Shown here in pieces: positions 25,157-37,134 of a stretch of DNA of 64,000 bases (position 1 is the stretch's first letter; the number at the start of each line of letters is the position of its first letter). The stretch covers positions 1-64,000 of the forward strand of contig JAPEUD010000031.1 of the NCBI GenBank assembly GCA_026026165.1, in the 5' to 3' direction. The DNA comes from Sarea resinae. Lineage: Eukaryota. The translations under genes and the position numbers were made by a program. The notes under the pieces were generated by a model. The model saw only the letters and a program-made list of their open reading frames with translations, made no database searches and was not told the DNA's origin.

Positions 25157-28100
25157 TCACTCATCCCCTTCACCGTCATCGTCATCAGAGTGATAGTCGA
25201 ATTCCCTCGGCAATTCCGCCTCCTCGCCACCTTCGTCGTCCTCATCCATGGCGGTCAAAACACCGGCGGCTTCAGCAGCACCTTGATGATCTCGAAGATA
25301 GCTCAATGGGCCACCGGCCGTCTCGGCCGAGCTCCCCGCCGCTTCACTGCTCCGACCCGGGACAGCTTCTGGTGCCGTGTCTTGGGCAACCTTCTTCTTG
25401 GACTTCAGCTCGATTAGCGTCTTGGGCTCCGAAGGCTGATTGTCAACGAGAAGGATGACGCCACCGGTAGGCTACAAGAACGGACGTTGTCAGTATATAT
25501 TGTTAGACGTGATTGAAAAGGAAACTCACCTTCTTGACCGGCTCGTATCTGCCTTCAGGGAAACTGATGTATTTCAATTGAGCAGGCAACACTCTCGACA
25601 TGTTCTCCAACTCGTAGCCGACTTTCTCCTTCTCCAACTTCTTCTTGAGGGTCTCTGGCGCAGGAGTGCCTTCCTTCTCTCCATCTTTTCCATCCTTCTT
25701 ATCATCACTTTTGTCGTCCTTGGCCTTTGCTAGCTCGTCATCGGTATCCATCTTGTCCCCAGCAGCGTTAGAAGTCTTGGGAGTCGTTGGCGTTTGATCA
25801 ATGTCCATACTTTCACGTCGCTGTTGCTTCTCCTTCTTCTGAGCTCGCCGTTTCGCTTGAGCAGTCGTAGAAAGAACGGCTGTCTTCACCTTCTCGGGTG
25901 CTTCATCGGCTTTCGCTTCTTGCTCTGGCGGGTAATCGAACATGCTTGGCCGGGTGGCGCTGTGAAACTTGAAGCTTGGAACCTCGAGATCTTGGTCCAG
26001 ACCGATGACAGCCGTAGGCGTGAAGCTGAGGGCCAGGAAATGTGTCAGAGGGAACCAATACCAGTACTGAGTGAAGACCGCCATCCCAACGATTGCAGCC
26101 ATATTGAGGTTGCCTGTCTGCGTCTGCAACCCGATCGTGCAATTTCTGCCACCAGCATCGATGATTCCAAGGGCGATAGCACAACCGAACTTTGCCATTG
26201 CATCTTCGTGTCGATCTCCAATTATCTTCTGCAGTGTCTTGCGGATACTGCCGACCTTCGGATTCATAGCTTCATTCTGCTGAACCATGATCATGGCTAG
26301 TGCGATTAGGGAGCCCTGCCGGACGAAATCGGTTGGATCCTTGAGCATGGGCTCTAATAGGTCGATTGCTTCGTCAAGTCCAGTTCCTGCGCAAGATATT
26401 CCAAGAGCCATAGCAGCACCATAACGCACATGCGGGTTGTACGACTCCGAAAGCAATTCAACCATGCGAGGTACACTGGTAGGCTTCCGGAAGAGGATAA
26501 ACCCTAGACACATGACGGCGGCTCTTCGAACATCGTCGCTGACATCGCTCACGGCCAGATGCAATAGCTTTCGAACGGCTTTGTTGCTCCCGGTTCCGCA
26601 ATACGCCATTGCCAGCGTCATTATGCCTCCGTATCTGAGTGTTGGATCTGGATCATCCAGAAGCCCATTGATCAATTCATCGGCAGCTTCTTGTCGTCCG
26701 TACATGATCAAAGCCATCCCCATGGACAAGCCTCGAACAATCTTCTCATGCTGTGTATCATGAGCATATTGTATCATATCCTCGAGCGCCTTGATGTTTC
26801 CTGTTCCTAGCATGACAAGTCCCATGGCAAGGCCAACTGCCTCGCCGTTGAGGGCCGAATCGGTATACAGAACGGCCTTGAGATCTTCGTAGATGTCTTC
26901 CGACCCTGTGGCCATACCCGCGACGCCAAGACCCAACGCACCACCATGCTGCACCACCTCCTCAGTCGCTCCCTTGAAATGATCTCGAAGGTAATCGAGG
27001 ACATGTGTTCCATGATTCGAATATATCAGGCCAAGAGCATATAGTGAACCGCCTTGGCTATACACCGAGCCTGACACAGGGGTGTCTCTTGGCAGATACG
27101 GCTCGAGTAATTTCTGACCTTGCCCAAGATTGCCTTTGTGAATGACTCCAAGGGCGGCGGTAGCGGTAAATTTGGACCAATTAACCGCCTTTCCAAGCCA
27201 CTCGAGATTGTCTCTGAAAAACGAATCGTTCGTCGTGCCGGCATTCATGAAAGCATTCGCGAATGTCACTGAAGTGTGGAAAATGGAGTTTCTCGCTTCC
27301 AGACTGTCCCGCATCTTGCTCAGGGTATTTCGATCTGTGTGGTTGCTGCGGTATAGGAAATCGAGGTTGAGCTCAATCGTCGTAGTACCTCGGAGTATCT
27401 TCGTTATTGACTGGTACGCTTGCTTTTGTTCGTCGGGTACCGAGGTCTTCTTTTGGGATATACTTGTCGAGGGAGCATTAGAGCGATCGTCCAGTTCGGA
27501 GAGTAGCTGATCCGTCTCTGCAGCATTTTCACCATCGCGCTCAGCTTCATGGGTCGGTTCGGACGGCTTTGACTCCTCCTCGGACTCGGGAAGGCCCTCG
27601 GAAACACGGGCTAGGAATTCCTGGGTACCATTGTCGTAAAGATCAAAAGAAATCTGATAGGCTACCGCAAGGGATCGAGGGTCACCCTTCTCAACCAATT
27701 GTCGAAGCATATCCGAGGCCATAGAATGTTGGTCGAGATATACGACGCATTTCGCGATGGCGAAATAATCAGGAGTCGGGATCTCGTTCAGGAGGTCGAG
27801 GACGAGCTTCAGAATCTGTCATAAGACTTTTGTTAAATATCTCCCCGGCCACGGGAAGGGTTGGATACATACCTCATTCCTCAGGCCTCGCTCCTGAACA
27901 ATGTCCATACAGATGTCAAGAACATACTCCATCAACTCCTCGCCTCTACCAGTTATCCCGCCCACTTGCTCGTTTGCCTCTTTCCTCTCATCCTCACTGG
28001 CTCTCAAGATTGCCCTTCGAAAGATGTCCAAGTTTCTCGCCTCGACAGCGATGCCAATGACTTGGCGATATCGACCTTGTTGGAAGCATGTCTCGAACAG

Positions 28101-28900
28101 CTGCTCGATGACAGACTGAAGGTTCTTCTGAATGCCTCGTTCAAGTGCCAAGGGAGAGGGATGCGCACCGACTACACCCGCGTTGCCACCACCTGGTAGC
28201 GACGGGTCAAAGGTTGACGAGACCACCTGGCGCGACAGAAGGGACTTGGAGGGCAACGTAGATTGTGAAAAGGGTGTTATCGGCGACGTGAGACTTGCGG
28301 ACGTGTTGGCGCCACCGTTGGCACCTTGAGGGAAAGCGGTCGCTAGCTGCAACGGAGGCTGATTTGCCGTGCTCGCTGGAACGGGAGGGTTGTGCATAGC
28401 AGAGAGAGCGATGTAGGTATCAACACATTTTGCTGCAGTTACAGGTCAGCAGACATCGGGGGACAAAGGTCTCGAATGCGGCCTCGGCCGACTCGACAGG
28501 GGAAGAACATACAGACTATGGTATCTTCAAATTCGCCCCCGTTGTCCAGGTTGAACAGTTTGCCAGCCCCAAGTGCAAACACCATGCTCTCGTTGTATTC
28601 CTGTAAATGGTAGTATACCTTTGCAGCGACGAGTGCGGCAAGCTCGCGCTCGGGAAAGCTTTCATCTTCGTAGAGGGCTTCACTACACGACGACATGCAT
28701 TAGCATCTGCAATAAAGAGCCGCGACGCGGGACTCGCATGAGGGGAGGGTCTTCTCGTGCATTTGTCCTACACTCCCTGCAACTTCGGTCCAGAGCAGAT
28801 CGATCTCCTCATTCAGCCTCCTCAAAGCGAACACTCTCAGCTCTGGGTCCGGCTCGGAAAGGAAGCCGACAAGACCGGCTGCAGACGTCAAGCCAACCAT
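25157..28900 (-). CDS. RPN2: 26S proteasome regulatory subunit Rpn2
   Basis: MVGLTSAAGLVGFLSEPD; AAKVYYHLQEY; PC repeats (NWSKFTATAALGVIHKG, LHLAVSDVSDDVRRAAV, YNPHVRYGAAMALG); C-terminal PREFDY; four introns, the first GC-AG. Confidence 0.97.
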
Positions 28901-30247
28901 GCTGGTCCAGCGTCTGTGGGACGAAACAGCTTAGCTGGATAGGCTTCTCGATGAGACTGAGGCTATCACAAGGCGTGGCGCCGACAGAGCTTCACGAAGG
29001 GGTACGTGCACGTTCGATGACCGAGGTCGAAAGAGGGAAAGGTGTAGATGGTCTGTAAGACTGCACCGGGCGAGGAGACGGAGACCAGGACAGACGAGGT
29101 GGATATGGGGGTAGACAAGGTAGTCAAGTGGAGGGGGAGGATGAGATGGATGAGCTGGATGAGAGGGCAATGAGCAGTAGCAGGAGCATCAGCATGTAGG
29201 TAGACGAAGCTCTTGATCATCACTCATCACTCAGCACTCAGCACTCAGCGCTCATCAGCTACGCAGTACTGCATACTGCGCAGTACAGAGTACCTTGACG
29301 ATGTACCCCCGGCGACGTCTTACTACGGGGCGGGTAGGGGCGGCCTGGTGCATTTCTCTACGGAGAGCGGCGAAGACATTTGCTGCTGTGAGTATCGTCT
29401 CGGTGAGCGTATGATTGCAGCCATCAGAGTGATCAAAGGAAATCGGCTCCAAATCACATCTTTGATGATCTTTGATGATCTCAATCGTCCCAACCGCTGC
29501 CACGACGACTGCCACGACGAGTGATCAGAAGAGACCTCTCCGGGGACGTGGCAGCAGTCTGGGAGGACCTGGGTCCTGGACGTGTATCTCTCGGCGGTGT
29601 TTCCCATACAAAAGAGACTTGTACCAATCCGGTAGGGTCCACGATCACCGATCCCTCACTACCTGACCTTGCCGTGCAGTACTCACGGCATCAATAATAA
29701 ATTACTACTTCATACAGTACGACTGACTCTACTGCCATGTATGGCCGTACACCGATGGCATGAGTCCTCACACACAACCACCAGCTCCCCCCGACAGCTT
29801 CCATCCCATTGCATCGCATCCCATCCGAGCCGCTCACTTGCACAGATCAAGAGACATCTATAGCCCGTCCTCTGTCACTTGCGACAGCCTCCATCCTCTT
29901 TGTTCGATCCATGATATACAAATCTTCGAGGTCGAGGCTCCAACCATCCTACGCGCAAATCCCTCTGTCTTCGGCCCCTTGTCGTCTCCCTCATCTCTTC
30001 TTTTCACAGGCTCGTCGAACCGCGCCTTCGAGTCGCTCTCGATAGAGAGGCACTGGTTGGGGTGTTTGGATTGATTTGCCCTGTCTTCGACGTTGCGCTG
30101 GGAAGTACGCCAGAGTGAGCAAGGTCCCCTCCCTGGTGTAACGCGCACAGAGATCTTTTGACTTGATCGTGCTTCGTCTCTTGTGCAATGACTCCTCTGG
30201 CAGATTACTGACGTCGCGCGCACAAGTCTACCGATTAGCATTTGACG

Positions 30248-33195
30248 ATGGATCTGCGCTCCATCATCAATTCAGAAGCCTCCAACGCAGCTCAACCCGG
30301 ATCGGTTGCGTCGCAAGCTTCTCCGGTCGGTCGTGGATATCCCCCAAACCACCGGCCGTCTGCGTCGTCATATCCCGAAACTCGCCAGGATAGGCCAGCC
30401 GGGCCTCCGCCGCTACAAACGGCAGTGCCAGATGGCTTTCGCTCGCCGGGTCCCTCGTCATCATATCCACCAACACAATCTCCATACCAACGCACGCCGT
30501 CGTCAAGCCAAAATACTGGACAATATCCATTCCCACAACTCCCTATAAAGAGCCCCAGTCAAGGCCATCATCCCCCAGCATATCCTCAACGCGATGGTTA
30601 TCCTTCTGCAACGCCCTCTGGGCAGCCCTTGACGTACCATCCAGCCCATGGACAAGTATCGCCGTCTCAATATGGCCCCGCGGTAACTACGCCAGGTAAT
30701 GCTCCACCTTACTCTCAGCCTCATCCGCCGCAGTCCTCTCATTCGACACCAACTCCGACCCCAGTCTCAGCTCAGAGCTCCACTCCATATCCTTATAGTG
30801 GAAGTCCGATGTCAGCGAGCTCGCAATCATACGCCCAGTCGCAACAGTATCAACGCCCACAGTCCCAACCTGGTACTCCTCTTGGCCCACCCGCGACATT
30901 CAACAATAGACCAATTGGGGGTAATTCGCGCGACCCCCAGAGTCCGTACGAGTATCCGCAAAATCAGGCTGGAGTAGCACATGCTTTACCACCACAAGCA
31001 ATCGCAACCTCAGCGCAGCCTCCGATCCAAGGCCAAGGCCGACCAACAATCTCCCCCCATCATTACAGTCTATCGCAGCCAGCGCTCAGTGAGACTGAAA
31101 AGAATGTGAGAGATTACTTGACCGATCGGGATAGAGAGAGGAGTCTAAGCGTGAGCCCGAAGACGCGCGTTCCTAGTCAGGTTAGGCATGAATCCATCGA
31201 GTCGAAGGCCAGTGGTTCGGCAAATTGGAATGGACGAGTTCCCGCGAAGCGAAAACAATCAGATGGACCGCGATACGAAGAGCAAAGGCCGATGGCAGAT
31301 CAGCCTATAATATCGGGAGCTCCGGATCGCAGAGAGGGAGAGTGGACCGGCCAACAGCCTCTCAAACCATCATCTCAATCCGAGCCGACTGCCCCTGGAT
31401 CCTCATCTCTCGATGGGCGGTACGTAAACGAAAACGGCGTGAACAACTCGTTTCCGCCGCCTCCTGCCCATCTCGAGCAGGTAAGGACCAACACGCTTTC
31501 ACCACCAGCTTCCTCGGCGTCAAGACCGCCACCTTTTTCGAGGGACCACAGTAGGCCTGACTCTCGCGGTCGAGCCACACCCGCTTCCTCGGAATCCGCA
31601 GGGACTCGGCCTCTGACTCCGAGAACAGGTCATCGAGGAAACTCGGCAACGCAGCCTACTCCAGAACGCAGCATATCTCAGCCACGAGGTTCATCTCTAG
31701 GGCCTCCACCCATTCCCGCATCGGCTCTAGAACAGCAGTCGGCAGCTGGTCGAGATCACGAGTCGAGCTTCAGTTCAGCCAACTCGCCGCATCAGCCGAT
31801 GAGGAAACGACCCCGCTACGATGAGCCACCAATCTTTGCTCGAAAAGCTAGTAGAAGCACGAGTAGTAGCCCACTCATGTCGAATCGACGCCAACCGGGT
31901 GCATCATCAGCAGCAGCTGCGGGTGTTCCAGCAATCAAGCAGGAGCCCCGAGATGCGAGGCTTCCGCCACCGCCAAGCTCAAGCCCTCCAGCCATCAAAT
32001 CCGAGGCAAATGGTCACCCACCTGCTCAGCCTGCCCCGCCCGTCGCGCCTGTCCAGCCTACATCATCCGTTGCCCTTCCGCAACCACAGCCAGTACTTGC
32101 AGATGTTGGACCACTTGGACCTTGGGAGCCTAGTATCACCAACGTCTTACCCTACGAAGAGATCACTCGTGTTATCTCGGACTTCCTTTTCACTCAGGTG
32201 GTGTTGAGGGAGGACGTTGGCACCGGACAGGCGGGAAATGTTCCAGGGCAGGGAGCACAGCTTGAGATTGAGGCTAAGATTGGTCAGCTCATCGATAAAA
32301 ATACCAACCACCGTCTGAGCCTGCCCGTGATGACGGAATGTGTCATCAGTCATGACGACCCTCATCTGCGGGTCAACTTTCAAAGTTCTATGACAGAGGT
32401 TTGTCGACATTGAGATTTTTGTTTGGTTTTTTTTTCCTCTGCTGACAGAATATGCAACATAGGCACAGCATCGTACGCTGAACGAGTTCTTGAACAAGGC
32501 ACTTATCAATTCGCAACCCCCAAAAGCCACTCCTGGCTCATCTGAACCACCTCCCCCGAGGACCCGAATGCCCATGAGATACGTCCACACTCACGAGCGG
32601 GACTCTTTCTACGAGCTCCAGCCACACGCATACTCCACCTTACCACCCTCTATCCGAGCCCAGCTCAATCCTCGCCACAAGGTCAAGGTTCGCGTCACTA
32701 CAGATCAAAAGACCAACAAGGTCCTCGCCAAGATCGTCAAGGCTAGGGTCGCAGACTTGGATGTGTACAGTCCTCGAACGGCTTTTGATTGGCGTGTCAG
32801 CGTCAATCTTGAAATGAACTACGAGGGTGAGATTGAAGACTTGGTGGAGGGCCATGAAGGTGGTAGGCGGACGGCGGATAGGAACAAGGATCGTATGAGC
32901 TACAAGCATCTGGCCTACCAGGTTGACCTAACGCAGGTCACACCGAACGATGTAAGTCTTTCTTCTCCAGATCTTCTGCGCCGAGGAAGTGAATGGTCGC
33001 TAAGTAAGCTTCTAGCCTGCAAATAAAATGGACAAGGAACATGAGTTGGAGATTGAGGTCTCCTCTGCAGAAGTTCGTCGGCAGGGTAATCGGGCACGTA
33101 ACAATGAGGTGTCGCAGTACGAGGACCTCGTCCGTGGATTCGTCGACAATGTGAGGGTGCTGGCGCGGGCGATTAATCCCATGGACGGTCGATGA
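30248..33195 (+). CDS. CET1: mRNA capping enzyme beta subunit (RNA 5'-triphosphatase, CYTH/TTM family)
   Basis: Long P/S/Q-rich N-terminus; PPIFA; WEPSITN; motif A EIEAKIG; KVRVTTD; KDRMSY; motif C EHELEIE; two coding introns. Confidence 0.92.
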
Positions 33196-33776
33196 GGTTC
33201 CAGAGACGAAGTTGTTGAGCCTCCAGGACCATGCGATAGCTTTGAATCTTTCGAAGAAACGTTTCATTCCATATACATTACCTTTTTTGTTTTTCCTTTT
33301 TCTTTCCAATTCTTTGTAGGGTTTAGGGGGACTGGCGGGAATTTACTAGTTAGTCTGATGGGACCAAGGCACGACTGGGCATACCTGGGCTTTTGGATGA
33401 CTTTAAAAGGTAGTTTGGAGCTGAGAATCTTCTGCAATTTTATCTATCATTAAGAGTTTTGTGGTTTGAGGTTCAGAGAGCTGCCGATATTCTCTTAGGA
33501 GAAGGCCTCCCGTGTTGTCTTATCTTTGATGTAGATACTGGCATCAGATTAGATCGTGAACTACCGCACGGACCATCCACCGTCGGCTTCCACCGTTCAA
33601 TATCCAGCCTTCGTTCACCTCACCATCCATCATTGAACATCATACCCCAAGTATCAAAGCAGATCCGCCTACAAGGAAAGTGCGCGCATAAAACCAATTC
33701 CTGGTCACTTCTGGGTCTATCCTCCTGAGCCCACACATACATACATCCTAGCTACCTGAAGCTCGCCCGACCCGCA

Positions 33777-34814
33777 ATGGCCGCTCTGGATTCCGGGGAT
33801 CTCAAGATCCTCGAACAAACGCGCCAGCGCCTCTTCCAGCTCACCAGCTCCCTGGCTTCTCTGCAGCAAAACATCCAACGCAGTGATCCTCTGCCGCCAT
33901 GGTGATTTCCCCCTGTACCCCGACTCCTCCATCCTCCTCCAAAGGGGCCCCACGACCGCGGCACAAACATTCAACCAATCATTCACTGACAACCACATCA
34001 CGGCAGGTCCTCGTTCCAGACGCTCTCCCTCCTCCTCTCGGGACATCTCACATCACTCTCGACGCATCTCACGACGCACAGCAACTTCTTCGCCGCCACG
34101 ACCGCCTACCCGCTCCCCACCTTCCCCGGCCGCACAGAGGAAGTGCTGCTCGGGCAACTCTTGCGGAAGAAACTCGAGCCGGACGTCGAAGATTGGGTGG
34201 AAAAAGGGCGCGCGATCACGCTTGGCGCTGGCGTCTTGGGCAACGGTAGCAGTGGCGGCGACTCGGCGAACGTGAATGGGGGGCCAGCAGCGACGGGGAC
34301 AACAGTACCAGAGTCAGCCACACCCTCTTTGTCGCGCTTACCGCTCAGTGAGGGCGAGCTCGCGCTCCTCTGGTCCTGGGCGCCCATTGCCGCGAACGAG
34401 GAAGCGAAGCGCAGGGACTGGGAGGACGAATTCACGCTCGAGGAGCGCGGGGCGGGCATCGAGAACGTGGTGACGGGGCTCTTGCGGCAGCTTGACGACG
34501 ACGAAGATGAAGACGACGACGACGAAGACGACGACGACGACGAGGGTGGCCCCGATGAGGCAGACAAGGATAGGCTCGAGGATGGAAGCAAGGCTGGGAC
34601 TGGGCAGGGCAACGGGGCCGGAACTGGGACTGCAATACCAACACCAACAAACCCTCAGTCTCAGCCTCAGCCTCAGGCCGTCGTCGAGATCAACCCGGCG
34701 CCCATGGAAGACTACTGGCGGTTCCTCAGCACGGGGACCGAGCCCACGCGCCCAGCCGCAGCACTCGCAGCAGCAGGGCCAGGATGGATAGGAGTAGGAG
34801 TGGCGCGACGGTAA
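33777..34814 (+). CDS. MED8: Mediator complex subunit Med8
   Basis: KILEQTRQRLFQLTSSLASL..DPLPPW/, AYPLPTFPGRTEEVLLGQLLRKKLEPDVEDWV, FTLEE..GIENVVTGL, acidic tract, RFLSTG; one intron. Confidence 0.88.
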
Positions 34815-34821
34815 TATGAGT

Positions 34822-34907
34822 CACGGCGAAGCACGGCGAAGCACGGCGAAGCACGGCGAAGCACGGCGAAGCACGGCGAAGCACGGCGAAGCACGGCGAA
34901 GCACGGC
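34822..34907 (+). repeat. Perfect 10-bp tandem repeat (CACGGCGAAG) x8.6
   Basis: Read directly; starts 8 nt after the MED8 stop. Confidence 0.95.
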
Positions 34908-35621
34908 AATGTAAGGGGATGGTAGGCGTGGGTTTTTCTCTATCATCCATCTCTTCTGTTCTTTATCTTATTCAGAGAGTCAGGATCACTTCTTCCCGTA
35001 TGCATCAGAATATATATACCCCTTGGCGTTCCTGTTTTTTTTTTTTCTCTTGTTCTCTTGTTTCTTTCGGGAATTATGCTATGGTATGGTTCAGTACGGT
35101 ACGGTATGGTATGAATCGGGAATAGGTTGGGATGATATGCTGCTGTACTCGAGATCCTCATCGCAGTAGTAACACCTTTACTTCCCTCGAGCTACTATCG
35201 CCTCCAGCTACTATTCTCCGATTCCCATGTAATACCCAGTCGCAATCGCAATACACAATCGCCCTTTTCTGTCCGGGACGCACGGGAAGGAAATAGGATG
35301 GCATGAGATGGCATGGGGGCGGAGGCGGAGGCGGGGAGATTCCTTTCTAGCTCGATGATGGATAGCATAGCAGGCGGGCGGGCGGGCAGACGGGCGGGCA
35401 GACGGGCGGATTGTCGGGGGAAAAGATAAGGTGTGAAGGTGTGAACGTGTGAAGGCGGTTACGCGTGCACGGGTGGTCTGGTCTGGTCTGTTTGGGGGTG
35501 GGGTTGATTGATTGATTGATTGATCTACGGACAGACGGACAGACACACAGATAAAAGGACCCTTTAGATCGCATGACTGGAAAACAGAAAAAAAAGAAGA
35601 AAAAAAGAAAACGGCCATAAT

Positions 35622-36705
35622 CTAGCCTCTCCTCCTAGTACTGGGGCTCTTCCCGCCCTTACCGCCTTTCCCGCCCGCGGACGGAGAAGGCGAAGACGTA
35701 GCGCTGCGCGTCTTCATCGACGACGTCGACGGCGACGCGGCCGCGGCCGAGATCTTCTTCGCCTTCTTGCCGGACTTGGACTTGACCGTCGTCGCCGCCG
35801 GCGCGTTCCAGTACCAGACCATCTGCAGCGCCAGGACCAGGTTGAGCGCGAAGCCCGCCAGGTAGCCGTACAGGATCAATGGGTCGTCGACTTCTTGGAG
35901 CGTGGTGAAGATGCGCGCGAGCGAGCCGGCGAGGTAGTTGAATACCTGTGGGTTTTGGGGGGTGAGGTGTTAGCTCATGTGTAAGGGGAAAGGGGTAGAA
36001 CGGATGCCGTGTAATTGGATGTAAGAAGATAAAACAGGAAGCAGATGGAAAAAAAAAGGGGGCAGTATAAGAGTTATGCACAAGGGAGGTACATACTGCG
36101 AATGCGCTCAGCTGCCCCGTGCCTCCCTGCTTCCAGATCGTGTAGATCTGCGGCGCCTTGCTCGCGATGCCCAACACGCCCGCACCCGCCTGCGCATACG
36201 CCAACATATCGCCATTCACGAGTTCGGGCTTAAACAGCGCATATCCGGCACCCGCGAGCCCGGCCACGAAGACGCCGGCGGCGGCGCTCTTGCCGGAGAA
36301 ATGCAGCACCAGCACGGCGATGACGACGTTCTGGACGGCGATCAGGGCCGTCTCGCCATAGGTGCTGGCAGGGAATCCCTGGCGGACGTTGTAGGCCAGC
36401 GTGATGAGGTAAGCGCTCGTTTCAAGCAGGTAGGAGAGAAACGAAACGCCCTGCGAGGAATGCGTCGAGAGCAGTTTGAGGAGTTGCGGGAGCTTCACGA
36501 TCGACGATGCCGCGATGATGCCGAGCCCGAGCCCTTTGGAGATGCCGAGCTTGACGCATTCCGTGTGCGTGGGGTCGAGCTCCAGGACCAGCGTTTTGTA
36601 GCACTCCGGCCCTAGGAGGGAGATGGCTGCATCTTGAACCGGAGGGGGAAGGTTATGGGTGAGAGGCGCCAGGCGCTGGAGCTGTTCACGGAGGGTTTCC
36701 ATCAT
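35622..36705 (-). CDS. MPDU1: Mannose-P-dolichol utilization defect 1 (MPDU1/Lec35) PQ-loop membrane protein
   Basis: ECVKLGISKGLGLGIIAASSIVKLPQ, YNVRQGFPASTYGE, SKAPQI..GTGQLSAFA/VFNYLAGSLARIFTT; one intron. Confidence 0.9.
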
Positions 36706-37134
36706 TGGCTGAGTTGGTGGTCGTGCAATGAACGGATAACTCGTTGAGGTTGTTGTTGGGGTGGAAGAGGAATGAAATCAAAGGGCGTCGAAGGAGCGTT
36801 CGAAAGGTGAAGCAGTGAGCGTCAGACAATGGAGATAGATGGCGCGTACGACAAGGAAGAGTAGACGAACAGAAGATGAGAAAGTAAAGAATATAGGTGT
36901 TGTTTTGGTTTCCTCCTGGTGGCCTGTCTGGTCTGGGGATATCGACGGGAAGTGCCGTGCCGGTGGGAGTTGGAAATCCGGCCGAGATGAGACGACCGAT
37001 GCGGATCAGCCCTACACTAATGGAATCAATCATGGTACGACCCTCCGAAATAATTCGATACGACACGTAGGAGAGGAGAGCTCGGGGCATTTTCAACGCT
37101 CTAGTCTCAACGACTCCACTCAATCACAGTTGAT

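Noticed and set aside
34822..34907. Possible CRISPR-like array
   Set aside because: 10-bp head-to-tail units with no spacers, in a eukaryotic genome.
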